Shown: positions 59,187 through 64,000 of the stretch, in pieces | Position numbering within the stretch: position 1 is the stretch's first letter | How the letters are laid out: every line of letters starts with the position of its first letter | DNA from: Candidatus Oxydemutator sp. | GTDB taxonomy: Bacteria; Pseudomonadota; Gammaproteobacteria; Poriferisulfidales; Oxydemutatoraceae | Assembly (NCBI GenBank): GCA_965203445.1 | Contig: OZ241883.1 | Span: forward strand, 1,024,001 to 1,088,000 | DNA: 64,000 bases | Reading direction: 5' to 3' | Made by a program: the position numbers and the translations under genes | The notes under the pieces: model-generated | What the model was told of the DNA's origin: nothing | Seen by the model: only the letters and a program-made list of their open reading frames with translations | Databases searched by the model: none

Positions 59187-62054
59187 TTAGTTTGCCGCGT
59201 GATGAGATTCCATCGGGCGCGTATACGTACACGGCGGTTCGGCCCGATACTCGGAACATCCCCAGAACGAGCCGTATTTCCCCTCGATCATCCGCAGGAC
59301 GCCGATCTTGCATCTCGGGCAGACGCGAGCGGCAGCACCGCATGCGTCGTTGGAGCATTTCGCCTGGCGGCCTGCGACGATCAGGTAGCCTTCGGAACAT
59401 TCGTCGCAACGCGGTGCCCGGTAATCGCAGAGCGGGTGATTGGTGCAGCGTCTTGTCCTGCCGCTCCGTGATACAACCAGGCTGCCGCCGCAGCGCGGAC
59501 GCGGACAGGGCGGCGCGTCTTCGTCCATGAACCGGCCGATCCGGCGAACGTCGTGATGCTTGCGGCGCAGTTCCTGCACAAACACGGATGGACGCGCGGC
59601 GTCGGTGATCAGATAGACTTGACGTCGCGCCCGCGTCATCGCCACGTAGAAAAGACGGCGTTCCTCGGCGTGCGCGAACGTGCCTGGTTCGCTGCGCACG
59701 ATGTTGAGCAGCGGATCGTCTTCTCGTTTCGCCGGGAGGCCGTAGAAACCGTCCATCAGATCGAGCACGATGATGTAGTCGGCCTCGCGCCCTTTGGCAC
59801 GGTGGATTGTGCTGAGCTCGATGCGAATGTTCGGGCGCGGCGAGCGATACCTTCTTTCCTCCAAGCTTTTTCGGTAGCGCCCCAGCAGCAGTACCGAGGC
59901 CTTCCGTGACGGCGGGACACGACGGACGACGTCGGCGAGCGCATCGGCGACGCCCGCGGGTTGTTCGTCCGTCGCGACGATGGTCACGCCGTCGTCCGCG
60001 CCCGCCGTTTTGCCGCGCAATGTGCGTCGCGTCTGCTCCGGGTTGCGCTGGATGAACGCGCTCGACGGGCGAATGATCGGCTCGCCGTAACGGAACGTGC
60101 GCGTCAGCTCGCGTCGCTGCACAAAACCGAGATGATCGCCGCACGAGGTCATAAGATTGACGTCGCTGCCCGCGAATCGGTTGATAGACTGCCAGTCGTC
60201 GCCGACCAGAAAGTAGCGGACGTCGGGCGCGTTCAACGCCTGGATCAGGGCCATGCGTCCCGCCGAGATGTCCTGAAACTCGTCGACAAGCACGTAGCGG
60301 AACGGCGACGCCCAGCGCCCGCCTCGGATGGCGTCGACGGCACGGTTGATCAGATCATCGAAATCAATCGCGCCTTCCTTCTTGAGTATTTTCTCGTAAC
60401 GATCCCAGACCTGCTCGAACAGGTTGAGAAACGCGGTGCTGCGCAGCGCGTGCGGCAGAGCCTTGGCGCGCTTGCGCAATTCCTCCATCGTGAGCCCGGC
60501 CGTCTTGACCAGACTCAGGAACGTCGCCAGCAGTCGTGCCAGCCACGACTCGATGATTTTGCGCAGATTGTCTATGAAACGCTCAATCGGTGTCGGTTTG
60601 AAATGCACACCTTGTTCTCGCAGTTGTTGCTCCAGCTCCGGGAGCAGCGTGTTGTCCTGGTTTTGCCAGCTGAACGTCTCGATCAACCGCGTTCCGTATT
60701 GTTCGTGAATACTGCGTTTCCAGCGGACGCTCTCGAGGTAGCCCTTGAACCACGGTGGCGCCTGCCCGTCTGCGTTCAGCGCGAAGTGCTCGATGTAGAT
60801 GTCGTGCCCAGGCAGGTAGAAGTCGGGTTGATACTGACGGTGCCGCGACGTGGCCGTGTCGACCTGGTAGGGCGCTTCGTATCGGTAAGAAACCCCTTTG
60901 AGCGCGAGGAAGTTGGCGATCTTGAGCTCCTCGTGGCTCTTGACCAGCTCGCCGTTCAAGGTCCGCTTTTCGATGCCGCGCACGTGGTTCATATAGTCGG
61001 AGAGGTTGTTGAATTCAAACGGCGAGCGGTACGGCTGGCCGTGGTAGACCGCGAACTCGGCAATCTCTTTCGCGTCGGTGGGAGAGATCAGCAGGCCGTC
61101 GAGGATTTTGTCGAACGCCCGATTGCGCACCCGCTGATCCTCCGCCAGGAGCGAGATTGTCGGGGCCGTGGAAACTTGGCCGATGATGTAGCGCCCGAAG
61201 GCGTGAAACGTGCTGACCGCGGCGCCGGCGAGGTCGCGTCCGAGGCGTTTGTGGATTTCTTTCGCCGCATCCCGGTTGTAGGCCAGGACGAGAATCTCAT
61301 CGGGCCGCGCGCCCTCGTTGTGGATGAGGTGCGCGATCTTGCCGGTGATCACCCCCGTCTTGCCGGTTCCCGCGCCCGCCAGCACCAGCGTGGTGTCCTC
61401 GTCGGTGGCGATGGCCTTCGCCTGCTCGTCCGTCGGCGTCATATCGAGTGACGTCTTCATCGCATCGCCTACGTCGGCGACCGCCGTCGTGATATATCGG
61501 TTGTTCGCGTCTTCGCGCGCGCGCGCAAAGTCGTCGGCTGCGGCCACGGAGTGAAGATGACCGAATGCCCGAAGTGCCGCCTCGTCCAGCTGGGCGCGCA
61601 CGATTGTAGATGTGACCAGCGACAACGTCCGCTCCATCTCTTCGCGCAGTCGTTCGCCGTCGCCGTACCGCAGATAGCGCTCGCCCGCGAGCGAGCGTTC
61701 CAGTTGCCTCTGTCGTTCGACCAGTTGCCCGCCATGGCGCTCGGCAAGTGCATGGGCCTCGTCGCGCAACGACGCCGCAAGCGATGCGGCCGCTCCTTTG
61801 GGCAGTCCGCCGATGGAATACTCAAGTCCGTCCAGGCGACGAAACGTCAGCCGCGTCCAAAACCATGACGGTTTTTCGATGACCTGGTCGAGCGCGTCAA
61901 ACGGCAGCTCAACGCGCCCGCGCCGCGGCACGCCTTCGATACTGAGCAGCCGTTCAGAGAACGTGACGGAGGCCGCGGTGCGGGCGATAAGGCGGTACGG
62001 CCACCACGCACGAGCGACAATGGCGGGGGCCGGGCATTCAGCGGTCATCCGCAC
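59187..62054 (-). CDS. UvrD/helicase IV (HelD)-like SF1 helicase with inserted nuclease-like domain and C-terminal Zn ribbons
   Basis: AGAGTGKT, VDEFQD, VGDDWQSI, HRAKGRE, EERRLFYVAMTRA; insert YQPDFYL...IEHFAL; several CxxC motifs at the C-terminus; start uncertain. Confidence 0.88.
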   Translation of the reverse strand: MRMTAECPAPAIVARAWWPYRLIARTAASVTFSERLLSIEGVPRRGRVELPFDALDQVIEKPSWFWTRLTFRRLDGLEYSIGGLPKGAAASLAASLRDEAHALAERHGGQLVERQRQLERSLAGERYLRYGDGERLREEMERTLSLVTSTIVRAQLDEAALRAFGHLHSVAAADDFARAREDANNRYITTAVADVGDAMKTSLDMTPTDEQAKAIATDEDTTLVLAGAGTGKTGVITGKIAHLIHNEGARPDEILVLAYNRDAAKEIHKRLGRDLAGAAVSTFHAFGRYIIGQVSTAPTISLLAEDQRVRNRAFDKILDGLLISPTDAKEIAEFAVYHGQPYRSPFEFNNLSDYMNHVRGIEKRTLNGELVKSHEELKIANFLALKGVSYRYEAPYQVDTATSRHRQYQPDFYLPGHDIYIEHFALNADGQAPPWFKGYLESVRWKRSIHEQYGTRLIETFSWQNQDNTLLPELEQQLREQGVHFKPTPIERFIDNLRKIIESWLARLLATFLSLVKTAGLTMEELRKRAKALPHALRSTAFLNLFEQVWDRYEKILKKEGAIDFDDLINRAVDAIRGGRWASPFRYVLVDEFQDISAGRMALIQALNAPDVRYFLVGDDWQSINRFAGSDVNLMTSCGDHLGFVQRRELTRTFRYGEPIIRPSSAFIQRNPEQTRRTLRGKTAGADDGVTIVATDEQPAGVADALADVVRRVPPSRKASVLLLGRYRKSLEERRYRSPRPNIRIELSTIHRAKGREADYIIVLDLMDGFYGLPAKREDDPLLNIVRSEPGTFAHAEERRLFYVAMTRARRQVYLITDAARPSVFVQELRRKHHDVRRIGRFMDEDAPPCPRPRCGGSLVVSRSGRTRRCTNHPLCDYRAPRCDECSEGYLIVAGRQAKCSNDACGAAARVCPRCKIGVLRMIEGKYGSFWGCSEYRAEPPCTYTRPMESHHAAN

Positions 62055-62167
62055 TTCAACTGTTTCTTAACCATATCAAGATGTACAAGTATAAGGCCAG
62101 TAAAGACACCAGACGAGGCCTTGCGCGAAAAAGAGTGGCCGACGCGCAAATCAATTTCTTCTTTTGG

Positions 62168-63169
<1,002 letters not shown>

Positions 63170-63351
63170 TCAAGTGAAAAGTAGATTGAAAAAATCTGCA
63201 TAATCAGTATAAATGTTCTATCAAGTTCTCTTGCCTTTTTTCGCTCAATAGTTTGTCTATGTTTCTGGTCTTATACACTTGTTGGAGGAGGCGGCTTGAT
63301 ACAATGGGATTCCGCTCAACAATGGTGGGCCTGATTCAGGGGGAATAGCTG

Positions 63352-64000
63352 ATGGATTGCCGATACTGCGGGCAGCCGGCCGGTTTCCTGCGCACGAAAC
63401 ACAAGAAATGCGAAACTCGGCACGAGGAAGCGGTCGCCGAGGCGGTGCTTCTGGTGCAGCGCGCCGCCTGCGGCGGAAGGCGATGGCCCGATGTCCGGGG
63501 CGCGGTGCGACGGGTCATGAGCGCGGGCGCGGTGGAGGACGGGGTGCTCACTGGCATCGTTGTCCAGGGGCTCGCCGCGGCCGAAGCCGAAGTGCTCGAC
63601 GACCACCATCTCGACGAGACCGAGGAGGCGCATGTCACCGCGTTCCTGAATTCCCTGGAGAAATCCGGGATCAGGAACGAGGACCTGGATCTCCTGCGCG
63701 AGCGCATGGCCAAGGCGTCGGTGCTGCGGCGCGTGATGCAGGGAGAAAACCCGGCGGCGGCGCAGGGAATCGAGCGCTATCCGGGGTTCCGGTTCATGAA
63801 GTCCGAGTCCCCGATCTGGATGTTCGAGGGCGTGGCGTACGAGATCACAAAGACGCGGGTTCGCTATCGCGGCGGCAGCCGCGGAATGTCGGTGCGCGTG
63901 GCGCGCGGGGTCTATGTGCGCGCCGGGGGATTTCGCGGCGAGCGCGAACTCGAGGAAGAGCGGCACATCGTGGACGAGGGCGACCTGGTGGTCACCACCA
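63352..64000 (+). CDS. Hypothetical protein with N-terminal Cys/His motif, truncated by the window end
   Basis: Not in the ORF track (no stop). MDCRYCGQPAGFLRTKHKKC...LDDHHLDETEE...YRGGSRGMSVRVARGVYVRAGGFRG...DEGDLVVT. Confidence 0.75.
   Translation, partial: MDCRYCGQPAGFLRTKHKKCETRHEEAVAEAVLLVQRAACGGRRWPDVRGAVRRVMSAGAVEDGVLTGIVVQGLAAAEAEVLDDHHLDETEEAHVTAFLNSLEKSGIRNEDLDLLRERMAKASVLRRVMQGENPAAAQGIERYPGFRFMKSESPIWMFEGVAYEITKTRVRYRGGSRGMSVRVARGVYVRAGGFRGERELEEERHIVDEGDLVVTT

Noticed and set aside
63316-63966. Minus-strand 216-aa ORF in the track
   Set aside because: Shadow of the plus-strand gene starting at 63352, which reads as a more plausible protein.

Overview
High-GC gammaproteobacterial chromosome segment; a marine or host-associated lifestyle is inferred from NQR, HTHP, a sulfotransferase and an NHLP-type precursor. 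(1) 1-18.5 kb is a minus-strand defence island. A type III restriction-modification system has mod (11606-14230) and res (447-3431) separated by about 8 kb of cargo: an ABC-ATPase/TOPRIM gene, three ThsB-like TIR genes with a small 3-TM gene and no ThsA, an HTH-ImmA/IrrE gene with an internally deleted DUF4411 partner, an AlbA_2-HATPase gene and a ParA-like gene. The last 84 bp of mod are duplicated inside the cargo, suggesting cassette acquisition at the mod 3' end. The island also holds an HTHP gene between IS-end-like repeats, a second AlbA_2-HATPase with a 12-bp VNTR, and an ATPase-TOPRIM gene split by an amber codon. (2) 18.5-59 kb is mostly housekeeping (fpr, gshA, ampD, groESL, dsbD, aroQ-accBC, fis, dsbA, metXW, bioHC, plsY, tsaD, proC, dsbB, nrdAB, desaturase, trx, hemL, nqrAB) with many incomplete operons, several apparently leaderless genes and an orphan NHLP/proteusin-type RiPP precursor (53405-53776). 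(3) 59-64 kb starts a second accessory block right after nqrB (HelD-like helicase-nuclease, DEDD exonuclease-BRCT-TM, Cys/His-motif protein). All calls come from reading motifs by eye; no database searches were run.
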